Source of the DNA: Salinimicrobium sp.
GTDB lineage: Archaea > Thermoplasmatota > Poseidoniia > Poseidoniales > Poseidoniaceae
Direction of reading: 5' to 3'
Length of the DNA: 64,000 bases
NCBI GenBank assembly: GCA_964228865.1
Contig: CAXRAI010000064.1
Location: forward strand, 5,863-69,862
Part shown: positions 56,901 to 64,000 of the stretch, in pieces
How the letters are laid out: the number at the start of each line of letters is the position of its first letter
Numbering within the stretch: position 1 is the first letter of the stretch
Made by a program: the position numbers and the translations under genes
The notes under the pieces: generated by a model
The model's database searches: none
Seen by the model: the letters and a program-made list of their open reading frames with translations, nothing else
Told to the model about the DNA's origin: nothing

Positions 56901-59900
56901 GACAACCGGTGGGAATACCTGTTCCAAACCGGGAACGAGGTGGCTGACTTCGGTCACACACGCGTCCGAGAGGGCATGATCACCAACGCCAGCGCCAGCA
57001 CCAATTTCGGGTCAGCGGCACAGGCAATGCTCGGGACGGGCGTCGGTTGTGGCGGTGTGAACGTCGTCGACGCTTGTCGCATGATGGTCGGGGTCGACTT
57101 TGGGCAAGTGCCGTTGTCGACCACGCTCCGCGCGCACACGGCGGACTTGAGCCTCTACCTGCCCGTTAACGGGTGGAGCGGTGCAGGTGGGGCCAGTTCG
57201 GTGACCCTCACCGTTCACGAGGTGTTGAATCCCAGCGCTTGGGGTGAGGCTTCCTCGACGTGGAACGAGAGCTCCCCCGGAAACGCGTGGGCCGCTCCTG
57301 GTCTTGCTTCGGGCGTCGACTACGGGCCCGCCTTGTCCACGATGACCGTTCCATACGGCACCTCGGGTTGGCTTGATGTTCCGCTGACCTTCACGGGCAT
57401 GAGCATCTCTGGCGATCACGTGTGGTTGTTGATCGCCACACCGAACACGGGTGTTGCGTCTTTCACCGTCTCCACGAGTGAGGCAGAGGCTTCGATCCGT
57501 CCTGAAGTGACGCTCAACTACACGGAGGTGTACACGATGAGCGTTGACACCATGATGGGTGCCACCCACACCGCCGGCGACAGCGTCAGCGTCTTCTCTG
57601 GTGCCGACGATTTCAGCGGTGCTGCAATGACCCTCCCAGCAGGCATCAGCATCACCGTCTCCGACGGGACGTTCTCCTCGACCGGGAACGGAGTTGGCAC
57701 ATGGGTTCCGGTGACCGCCGGGACCCAAACGGTGACGGCATGTTACGGGGCCATCTGTGACACGCACACCATCACCGTCGTTGCGGACGTGCCCACGACC
57801 TTGATCGTGGACCCGCTTACGGCGACCATCACCGCAGACGATACCTTGTCCATCAACGCCCAGGTGACCGACGATTACGGCAACCCCATCACTGGGGAGG
57901 TCATCACGTACACGCCCAGCAACGGGACCATGACGGGCTCGACGTTTGCCCCGTACACGTCCGGTGCACAGACGATTGAGGTGACGTGGGGCACGGTCAG
58001 CACCACGGTGAACGTGGAAGTGTTGGCAGGCTCCCCAACGGCCATCGTTTTGAGCGGTTGTGAGGGCGTTGTTCCCGCAGGCACCAGTTGCGACGTGACC
58101 CATACGGTCATCGATCAATACGGCAACACCATGGACGCCGCCTTTGCGGGTGGGCTGTCATGGAGCACGACCAACGGGAATTACTCCGAGTCAACGATGG
58201 CGTATACCGCAGACCATGTCGGTTCGTGGACGCTCAGCGTCACTTCCGCTTCTGGAGCAGAGGGTTCACTGACGGTTGAAGTGGGTCATGGAGAAATGGC
58301 CTCTTTGGAATTGGTCGCGTCCACAACGAGCATCACCGCGGACGACGTGGTCTACCTCAACACGACACGAATCGACGTTCGTGGAAATCGGTTGCCCGTG
58401 GTGCTCCCACAGAGCAACTGGACGCGCATCGCCGACGGCTCCATGCTGATTGGTCAGCCGGCCGTGTGGTCGCCAACCTCCCGGGGAGCGAAAGTCATCG
58501 AAGCCCGCTATGAAGCGTTCACCACCTCGGTGACCGTCTCCGTGAGCGAGGGCGCGATGGTGCATCTGACCATGGTCGTGGATTCAGCAGACGTGAACGG
58601 CATGGGCTTCCAATTGACCGCCGATGAGATGTTGACCGCGAGCGTGAAGGCCGTGGATCAGAAGGGCAACCGTTGGAGCGTGAGCGTCAACTGGAGCCTC
58701 TCCCACAGCACGTGGACCGAGCAATCCGCGCTGTCGCACATCGATGCACCGGCCACCACCTTCCGGCCGGTGCTGGCCAGCACCGATGCATACGTGCTTA
58801 CGGCCAACTATGTGTTGGACGAGAGCACGACCTACACCGCGAGCATTTCGATGACCGTTGTGCACGGCGACTTGTACGTCCTCAACCTGAATGCGGTGAC
58901 CCTCGAAGAGGGCGATGCCGGCGATTCGCTTGAGTTGACGGCGGACGATGGCGTCCAATTTAGCGTCTCAGCCAGCGACGCGGAGAGCAACCCGATTCCA
59001 ACGGACGGATTCACGTGGGTCATCGAGAATGAGGCTGGGACTTCCACCGACATTGGCGACGCCCTACGGGCTGCGGGCCTGGTCTGGGACGCGACGCTCG
59101 TTGGCAACTACAGCGTCAGCGTGACCGGGTTGACCGATGCGGGAACGCCAATCGTTCGGAACGTCGACCTTGTGATCCGACACGGTGTGGCCGTGGCCTT
59201 GCAGGCTCCAGAGCCTGGTTACGTGTTGACCGCCGGTGACCATGCAAGCATCAGCGTCACCGGATTTGACGCCGACGGCAACGCCTTCCCACAGGACGTG
59301 CTTTGGACCGAAGCAGGGGCGACCGCTCCAGACATCAACGCCACGGATGAGGCCACGTACGATTACTTTGCACGACGTGCGGGCGACCACTCCCTTACGT
59401 ACGCCGTCAACGGCGTGGAAGGTGTTTGGAACGTCACGGTCCGGGCGCAGGCCACCGTGGACCGCTTCGTGCTTGACCTCTCGTCCACCACGGTCGAACA
59501 GCTTGGTCGGGTGACGGTGACGGTCTCGGCGTTCGACGCTTACGACAACCCGATTCCTGTTCCCCCCTCGACCCGTGCGGACCTCTCTGACGTCGCGGCC
59601 ACCGTGACCGCTCAAGGAGACGGAGTCTGGACGGTGGACACCATGAACAAGGACACCCAAACCATCACCATCACCGTGGGGAGCGTCACGGCTTCTGCGG
59701 ACATCATGGTTGAGCCTACCCTTTCTGGATTCTATGCCGCGAATTCACCGGTGTCCTACATCGGATCTGCCCTTGGCGCGATCGTGTTCGTGACCCTCCT
59801 TGTGCTGGTGCTTCGCGTGCTGCGCAGCGGGTCGGACGAATACGACGACGAGGACGAGGACGACGACGACGATGAAGTGCCCGGTCCAAGCGGCCCAGCA

Positions 59901-60164
59901 CCGGCTCGTGCCGCTGCTGCGGCCGGTCCAAGTGGACCCGCCCCCGGCCCGAGTGGCCCAGCTCCAGGACCGTCTGGTCCAGCGCCTGATGCCAGCAAAA
60001 CCGTTCCTGAAGTTGAGCAGGAAGAAGAGCCTGAACCTGTTGAAGAAGCAACAGAATCGGACTACCGTGTCGACGAGGACGGGACAGAGTGGTATGAGGA
60101 CGAGGCCGGGACCTGGTGGTACCGCGCCCAAGGCGAGGACGATTGGCAGGAATGGACCGACTGA
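50961..60164 (+). CDS. Giant surface protein: seven DNRLRE-like domains alternating with Fn3-like domains, Ig-like stalk, TM, and Pro/Gly plus Trp/Asp-rich tail
   Basis: Signal peptide; repeated D-x-x-V...L-x-F-D-L...A-x-L...W-x-E-x-x-x-T-W units about every 1 kb; TITADD/DxxGN Ig repeats; TM at about 59760-59822. Confidence 0.88.
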   Translation: MTSASAPRRTPLVLTLVMLFLIADVGVPMMSNHAVLEEAPSVARATAQLSPVQDVGILSTDTGSSEGADTADIGDLGASGEGRLLLEFNLGLTSSSTVESATLDLECASVAPMPGDTAFHAARVLSDWNASDATWAMSTALDSWALAGVDSVDTDRGVWEPPLHASTNGTFSLNVTALAQEAAADSSNLSLVIAATGDAFECQLSEAVATVARPLLTVVSTSTAATSGGTITPDMPTNGTALVNHAPILQADTTPSFEWMDTTQSSSNVQVQFGLSDSWLVAAGQDRELNSIADAGAFTMTSTSGAVELPTGVAFDNGTEVHWRARGLDSNGVYGAWEQGHLVLPDIDVIVNADGTSTVNLVDLGLSSAFFEDASVSEVSKNAAFGASQTFEATMTSSKETFSHLRMRMEHVGMDATYAITEASLDLSASSVSGTPLISVHPTNAPAWDEDAITWNRATSSQTWSDGGRTTAGAATDAVEMSSTDSSLSLNITTAMQAHLQGSADESAAFLLTSRGLNEAYTAGDAAVFHSSEAASSSDHPSLSITYRTTTATTGPAAPSLDAPSNGHAVWNLSGHNLSGNTTPDLLWTPLSGHDFLFELAEDAEFRERVLLADTRSSSDLSSTSSSYTPSGAGSLNTGTGYHWRMASISSDDRVGGWATSSFVVSDLTSDWLGGDRYELRLSHGNGTSDGRLPVCMDTYVDSSSPSDNYDADEEMLIAVDTSARQTILFGCDLTTHLLPAGYAVQSANVSMELSLAAGGSPIIGAFESRQHNWTESGATWATYDGTNAWGTSGARGWERGALLTSTTVDSSYSGGDRVNWNVTQAVQSAMRENRSVDFIFDMVTTPSTVSKYALLYGNGATSSDRAEMTIVYVPGSDSVPDEPVPSSPANGSWAVLPGLNPAGDTTPLLNWTYAGGLTIGGWALQLDTSAQFNTAGMRYLTSFNDQGFDATNLTYEPQQELNDGTTWYWRVRAISTTNQLGNWSETNHFLLPDTTTWDLGNNKVAVELRHEQAMPSLGIVGFEDTTVIRGSSGQTYDTSSTLRVGDTSTQQAATLLRIPLTDIPNPQNARVEGAELHMFSQLSSAVGVNVGILPALVDWNASANETTYDGTTNWTGVSSTFTPGWHYSDVDRVNQFGARVTTYATSVSAGWMTWDVADLVQAALASGDDELDVLLLVDSDASGQVLLSSTEATSNQRPWLNLTWVSGTGTAPSGSPTLLSPTDDEVAFDSSSHALVPEQRPVLSWNPVAAGGSTTGYQVRVYDAWSADTFLSGGWTTYDSREDAGFFMFSYTPQEDLGDIGSVVWEVREFVDGMYGPWSNARTVHIPEVMAGEIDADEAWYRMQYGSLVSGSVVMPTGVLDTTVDSGTVNTAYASSSSLNVGRSFFSSSTSQRASSLISFDFSTLPLPATMEVINASLEMTTIGTSPGSGVHVSVSGTTTLWNSSATWFGPGTGGTWAVPGGYHSSSDTTIPAVGQTTWVSAVDTAYSWNVTALVQQMLDQGDPLAFMLQAEDLGSGVGRQSFHSSDASSVEDRPVLNITYRTTSGWSPGSSTLTSPSSGSTLWNISAPRPSGAETVEVDWSSNVGNATAWEVCIASDDRFLTDLVCRDSSGSGVGTFDAASTTYNRTLQGLDTDQWHHWMVRAEQNHRLGVWSDSASFRYADDQGSDDGQGNHTITLSRNSVFTSAPGVPSVQDATVSSVTPTTNDGASSSLSLGQGAGGSGEDAILIDVDLSDLPWPTAMTPTQMLLRLYRTSVGPTSLTVAAYACSGFTESSVTWNSAPTCSTTEATRSTLTLTPPDGFVDFDLTSLAQSNIANGNLSMTVRLEVVGTPASTMTFVSSESTSNTSRHPQIHLEYVDNVDGILPPSQPTLSAPADGTVLYNTSGFQLESGDAPTLTWSALPDATDYILTLSGPAGVSTYRSWVDSEFLTNTSFRIDTTLFVGVAYEWWVQGVNQSIPGPSSSRWSFALGDPDNNAISDNRWEYLFQTGNEVADFGHTRVREGMITNASASTNFGSAAQAMLGTGVGCGGVNVVDACRMMVGVDFGQVPLSTTLRAHTADLSLYLPVNGWSGAGGASSVTLTVHEVLNPSAWGEASSTWNESSPGNAWAAPGLASGVDYGPALSTMTVPYGTSGWLDVPLTFTGMSISGDHVWLLIATPNTGVASFTVSTSEAEASIRPEVTLNYTEVYTMSVDTMMGATHTAGDSVSVFSGADDFSGAAMTLPAGISITVSDGTFSSTGNGVGTWVPVTAGTQTVTACYGAICDTHTITVVADVPTTLIVDPLTATITADDTLSINAQVTDDYGNPITGEVITYTPSNGTMTGSTFAPYTSGAQTIEVTWGTVSTTVNVEVLAGSPTAIVLSGCEGVVPAGTSCDVTHTVIDQYGNTMDAAFAGGLSWSTTNGNYSESTMAYTADHVGSWTLSVTSASGAEGSLTVEVGHGEMASLELVASTTSITADDVVYLNTTRIDVRGNRLPVVLPQSNWTRIADGSMLIGQPAVWSPTSRGAKVIEARYEAFTTSVTVSVSEGAMVHLTMVVDSADVNGMGFQLTADEMLTASVKAVDQKGNRWSVSVNWSLSHSTWTEQSALSHIDAPATTFRPVLASTDAYVLTANYVLDESTTYTASISMTVVHGDLYVLNLNAVTLEEGDAGDSLELTADDGVQFSVSASDAESNPIPTDGFTWVIENEAGTSTDIGDALRAAGLVWDATLVGNYSVSVTGLTDAGTPIVRNVDLVIRHGVAVALQAPEPGYVLTAGDHASISVTGFDADGNAFPQDVLWTEAGATAPDINATDEATYDYFARRAGDHSLTYAVNGVEGVWNVTVRAQATVDRFVLDLSSTTVEQLGRVTVTVSAFDAYDNPIPVPPSTRADLSDVAATVTAQGDGVWTVDTMNKDTQTITITVGSVTASADIMVEPTLSGFYAANSPVSYIGSALGAIVFVTLLVLVLRVLRSGSDEYDDEDEDDDDDEVPGPSGPAPARAAAAAGPSGPAPGPSGPAPGPSGPAPDASKTVPEVEQEEEPEPVEEATESDYRVDEDGTEWYEDEAGTWWYRAQGEDDWQEWTD
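59883..59987 (+). repeat. Four GPSGPAP heptapeptide repeats in the cytoplasmic tail
   Basis: Protein-level repeat with synonymous codon differences between copies. Confidence 0.85.
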
Positions 60165-60211
60165 AACGGAGGTCCTTTCAAGTTCCAAGGAGCGATGTGG
60201 TGTTGGTCAGC

Positions 60212-62824
60212 ATGGGGTGTGAACGCGTGGCATGGCGAGGCGTGGTCCTTGTGACCCTGCTTTTCATGCTCCTTCCCGCCTCTGGACCGGTCCTTGAGGG
60301 GGTGCAGGCCCCGTGGCGAAGTTCGGCCAGCACGCTCGTGCTCGACGTGGACCGGACGACCATCACCGCCGACCAAGCCTTGTTGTTCCAAGCAGAGTTG
60401 CGCGACGGTGCAGGAAATCTGGTTTCTGGGGTTGTCAACTGGACGGTCAGCAACGGCAGCATTGAGGAAACCGGTCTCTTCATTCCGTGGTCTTCGGGTG
60501 TGGTCAACGTCACCGCTGAACACGAGGGTTTGCTGGCCAGCCGACAGGTCATGGTGGAGCCAGGTCGTCCGGTCGACCTCGAAGTGTCGCTGACCGAGAC
60601 GCCTGTTGCGGGCAGCCCCTTCCGTCTGAACGCTGTTGGCGTGGACGCGAAGGGGAACCGGGCTGCCTTGAACAACGTGGCCTGGTCCATCGATGGGGTG
60701 CAGCAAGGCGTTGGATCTCCTGTCGTGGTGCTCGCCACTCCAGGCACCTATGAGGTGAACATGCGGCTGTTCGATCTCGAATCCGTGCACGACATCGAAG
60801 TCATTCCAGGCGATCCTGTGGCCATCGTGTTCCCCACGGGCATGTCCATGCGGAGCGGTCAAGGCTTCCAACTGCGCCCTTCGCTCGTGGACATGAACGG
60901 CTTTTCGATGGATTACGATGTGGTGGGGGGACTTCGCTGGTCGTCCAACCATGGTGTGGTTGACACCGAGGGGGTCTTCTTCCCGACCCGGCCCGGAGTT
61001 TGGAACGTGACGGCCACGTCAGTTACCGGGAACCTTAGCGCCAACGGCAGCGTTGCTGTCCTCCCGGCCGACGCAGCGATGCTGGACATTGAGTTGGACG
61101 AAGACCCGATGGCGCTGCGTGCCGGTCAATCCGTAACGCTGCGGGCCTTGCTCAGCGATTCGCTGGGGGCCTCAGCGCCTGTGCACGTTTCGCTCTCCAA
61201 CTGGACCATCCCTTCAGGCCAAGTGGCCGCGTCCGAAGATGGACCGGTCTGGACGCCTGTGGACATCGGTCCGGTGCGCCTCCAAGTGGAAGATTCAGGA
61301 TTGACCGCGACGCTTGACGTGAACGTGGTCTTCGGTGATGTGGTTCGTTTGGAGGCCCAGACCTCGCACGATGCGGTCACTGCCGGCGATGATGTGGTCT
61401 TGACCGCCCGTGCTGTGGACGAAGCCGGTAACCGCCGGGCCGTGAATGCCTCATGGAGCCTGACCGCGGGGGTCGAGGCCGACGTTGTCCTGACGCCAGG
61501 AGTGGCCTTCCTCGAACCTTCGTCGATTGGAACCTGGAGCATGGATGCCACATGGCTAGACCCAACCGACAACGCCACCTACACGTGCACATGGTCCGCC
61601 GAGGTGGGACACGGGCGTTTGGCATCGATCACCTTTGATTTGGAAGCGAACCTCGTTCCCGCAGACCGGGCGGTTGACCTTTCACCACGGTTGACGGATG
61701 CGTACGGACACGCCATCGAAGGCGTGGCCCTCAACTGGACCGTCGACGGTGTTGACGCGACCTTTGACCTGCGGACGACAGAAGGGAAGTGGGCGCCAAC
61801 GTCGCTCGGGGGCCATGTCATCCGGGCAAACGCGGACGGGGTCTTCGGTTTGGTGCGCCTGACGGTTGAGCCGGGTGCTGCCTCGACCTTGGACCTCAAG
61901 GAGGCCCTGGCAGACAGGATGGTGGCCGGGGTTCCCGTCGAGCTCCATTTGGACCGAGTTGACCTTCACGGAAACGTCGGTCCAGCGGTGAACGTGACCA
62001 CCGATCTCAACACCTCGGTGCTTACCCTTGAACCGTCAACGTCTGGCCCAGGGTATTGGACCATGGTTCCGAAGATGGCAGGCGCTCATACGGTCGCCTT
62101 GCAATCGGACGAAGCGGTGCTCAACCTCGACCTCATCTTTGACCCGGGCATGGCAGTGCGCCTTTTCGTTGACGTCGATGGACGTCAAATGGCGCAAGGT
62201 GAAACCGCTCTTGTTTCGGTCTATGGCGTCGACGTGCATGGCAACCTTGTGTCCTTCACCGAGGCCGATGTCAGCCTGTCCTGCAACGCGGGATCGGTCA
62301 GTCATCTGGTCGACGCCACGTGGGTCGTTGATCTGCGCAAGGCGGGGACAGACCGAAGTTGCACCGCCGAAACAGAAGACGGTTTGCAGGCTCAAACGTG
62401 GTTCGAAGTCGAATCGGTGTTGCTCGGAGGTGCGTTGGGGTCCTCCAACAGCGTCGTCAGCCTTGGTGGTGCCTTGTTGATTGGACTGCTTGTGCTGATG
62501 GTGGTGTTGCTGCGTCGACAGGGCCTGGAAGTCCTTGACGGCATGCTCGACGAAGACCAAACGGGCCTTGTTGACGAGGACGAGCAGAAATCTGTCATCG
62601 ACCTCTCCGACGAATCCGCCTCCATCGTGGACGCCAAGATGGAAGAGCCGATTTTGGAGCCAGACGTGCTTTCTGCCATGGCTCAAGAGGCCACCACTTC
62701 TGGTGTCATGCAAGCCATCCCTGGAACTGAGCAAGGTGCAACCGGTTGGTATGTGGATGCAAACGCAACGGTGCAACATTGGACCGTCGGTGAAGACGGT
62801 TCATGGACGAAGACTCAGGCGTGA
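60212..62824 (+). CDS. Ig-like repeat surface protein with C-terminal TM and acidic, Trp-containing tail
   Basis: Signal peptide; repeats such as DRTTITAD...RDGAGN, VDAKGN, VDEAGN; TM-RRQ; ends GWYVDAN...HWTVGEDGSW. Confidence 0.82.
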   Translation: MGCERVAWRGVVLVTLLFMLLPASGPVLEGVQAPWRSSASTLVLDVDRTTITADQALLFQAELRDGAGNLVSGVVNWTVSNGSIEETGLFIPWSSGVVNVTAEHEGLLASRQVMVEPGRPVDLEVSLTETPVAGSPFRLNAVGVDAKGNRAALNNVAWSIDGVQQGVGSPVVVLATPGTYEVNMRLFDLESVHDIEVIPGDPVAIVFPTGMSMRSGQGFQLRPSLVDMNGFSMDYDVVGGLRWSSNHGVVDTEGVFFPTRPGVWNVTATSVTGNLSANGSVAVLPADAAMLDIELDEDPMALRAGQSVTLRALLSDSLGASAPVHVSLSNWTIPSGQVAASEDGPVWTPVDIGPVRLQVEDSGLTATLDVNVVFGDVVRLEAQTSHDAVTAGDDVVLTARAVDEAGNRRAVNASWSLTAGVEADVVLTPGVAFLEPSSIGTWSMDATWLDPTDNATYTCTWSAEVGHGRLASITFDLEANLVPADRAVDLSPRLTDAYGHAIEGVALNWTVDGVDATFDLRTTEGKWAPTSLGGHVIRANADGVFGLVRLTVEPGAASTLDLKEALADRMVAGVPVELHLDRVDLHGNVGPAVNVTTDLNTSVLTLEPSTSGPGYWTMVPKMAGAHTVALQSDEAVLNLDLIFDPGMAVRLFVDVDGRQMAQGETALVSVYGVDVHGNLVSFTEADVSLSCNAGSVSHLVDATWVVDLRKAGTDRSCTAETEDGLQAQTWFEVESVLLGGALGSSNSVVSLGGALLIGLLVLMVVLLRRQGLEVLDGMLDEDQTGLVDEDEQKSVIDLSDESASIVDAKMEEPILEPDVLSAMAQEATTSGVMQAIPGTEQGATGWYVDANATVQHWTVGEDGSWTKTQA

Positions 62825-64000
62825 TCATTCCTCGTCGCTGGCCTCAGCATCGCCTTGGCCAAAGAAAGCACTGAGCGGCGTTGCCCCCTCGCGGGGCTGG
62901 ACGTTCCTGCGGCCGTAGGTGAACCAAGCCAAGAGGCCGATGACGACGGCACCGCTGCCTCCGTAAAGCGCCTTTTCACCCATCAGCACCAACATCGCCA
63001 GCCCTGCTGCCGTGCCATAGATTTGGGGCAGAGGGTACCAAGGAGAACGGTACGGCGGGTTCCATGGATGACTGGGTCCCGCACCACGAAGCACCACCAC
63101 CGTCAGGTTGAGCACAATGAACACCATGAGGATGAATCCTGATGCCAACTCGGCGATGACGTGCACGTCGAAGGAATAAATGGACACGGCCATGAGGACG
63201 CCCGTCAGCAAGATGGGCCAATGTGGCGTTTTGTAACGCTCATTCAGCTCTCCGAGTGCAGCCGGAAGCACGCCGTCCTTGGCCATGGCGTAGATGAAGC
63301 GCGACGAGGACAGCACCCCGGCCAACGCCATGGAGGCCATGGCGATGATGGCGACCAAGGACGCAAGCAACACCACGTTGGTGCCAGCGACCGAATCGGC
63401 AAAGACCGTGATGGGGTTCTCGACCGCATGACCGTCAACCATGTACCAATCAGGTGCCATCACGGCGACCATGATGTAAGCCACAATGGCGTACAGCAAC
63501 GTGGCGATGACCAGGGATTGGATCATGCCACGCGGAAGCGTTGTTTCTGGCTCCATGACTTCGCCGCCGATGGCACCGACCTTGATGGCGCCAGAAAAGG
63601 CCACAAACACCAGCGCAGCGGCCGTCCCCATGCTGAGGCTGATGGGTTGGAAGTCTTGGACGGGCCGTGCAAGGTCCAAGTCGCTGGAAAACAGGGCCAT
63701 GATGCACAAGAGCACCACCATGGCCACAGCACCGGTCACGATGGGAACTTGCACCTTCTTGATCGCCTTCACTCCGGTGAGGTTGACCACCAAGATGAAT
63801 GCGAGGAGGATCATTGCGATACCTCTGGAATTGACATCGTCAACGCCATAGTGGCCGGTGATGACCTCCATGTACGCCGCAAAGCCGACCAAGGCAAAGG
63901 CGGACTTCAGCATGAACGACGCAAAGAGTCCTAGCCCGCTGATGGTCCCCACCAGATGGCCGTAGGTGCGCTCAGCGTAGACGTAGAAACCACCGGATTG
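62825..64000 (-). CDS. APC-family amino acid permease, 5' part outside the window
   Basis: GGFYVYAERTYGHLVGTISG, GEVMEPETTLPRG, SSRFIYAMAKDGVLP, YKTPHWPI and YRSPWYP; frame runs off the window edge. Confidence 0.92.
   Translation of the reverse strand, partial: QSGGFYVYAERTYGHLVGTISGLGLFASFMLKSAFALVGFAAYMEVITGHYGVDDVNSRGIAMILLAFILVVNLTGVKAIKKVQVPIVTGAVAMVVLLCIMALFSSDLDLARPVQDFQPISLSMGTAAALVFVAFSGAIKVGAIGGEVMEPETTLPRGMIQSLVIATLLYAIVAYIMVAVMAPDWYMVDGHAVENPITVFADSVAGTNVVLLASLVAIIAMASMALAGVLSSSRFIYAMAKDGVLPAALGELNERYKTPHWPILLTGVLMAVSIYSFDVHVIAELASGFILMVFIVLNLTVVVLRGAGPSHPWNPPYRSPWYPLPQIYGTAAGLAMLVLMGEKALYGGSGAVVIGLLAWFTYGRRNVQPREGATPLSAFFGQGDAEASDEE

Noticed and set aside
59883-59987. Collagen-like interpretation of the Gly/Pro repeats
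   Set aside because: The period is 7 residues (GPSGPAP), not a continuous Gly-X-Y, and the segment is short and cytoplasmic.
1-64000. CRISPR array or cas genes
   Set aside because: No regularly spaced DNA direct repeats; all repeats seen are diverged protein-level repeats.

Overview
Archaeal chromosomal segment, most likely Marine Group II (Ca. Poseidoniales, Thermoplasmatota). Archaeal origin is supported by PolD small subunit, RFC small subunit, pelota, GatD, Nob1 and a tRNA-Met with a BHB intron; the MGII assignment is an inference from gene style. About half of the window (31,359 of 64,000 nt) encodes five large single-anchor surface proteins; the rest is housekeeping, redox and membrane genes plus three tRNAs. 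No CRISPR array, integrase or transposase was seen. The standout is a 4,574-aa ORF (18855-32579) that reads as a polyprotein: signal peptide, giant adhesin-like ectodomain, PGF-CTERM-like anchor (VPSF-TM-RR), 20-aa acidic linker, then a complete archaeal type IV pilin with an internal class III (prepilin peptidase) site (DDETA/VSPVIATILMVAITVVLSGVIYVW). It lies downstream of an oversized MacB/LolE-type ABC system and a 1,067-aa surface protein with a similar anchor motif (LPSW-TM), and both surface genes end in strong tandem RNA hairpins. Other notable items: a 3,080-aa protein with seven DNRLRE-like/Fn3-like units, a cell-anchored alpha/beta-hydrolase lacking its catalytic Ser, and a tRNA intron able to pair with its own anticodon loop. 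All domain calls are by-eye motif recognition, not database searches.
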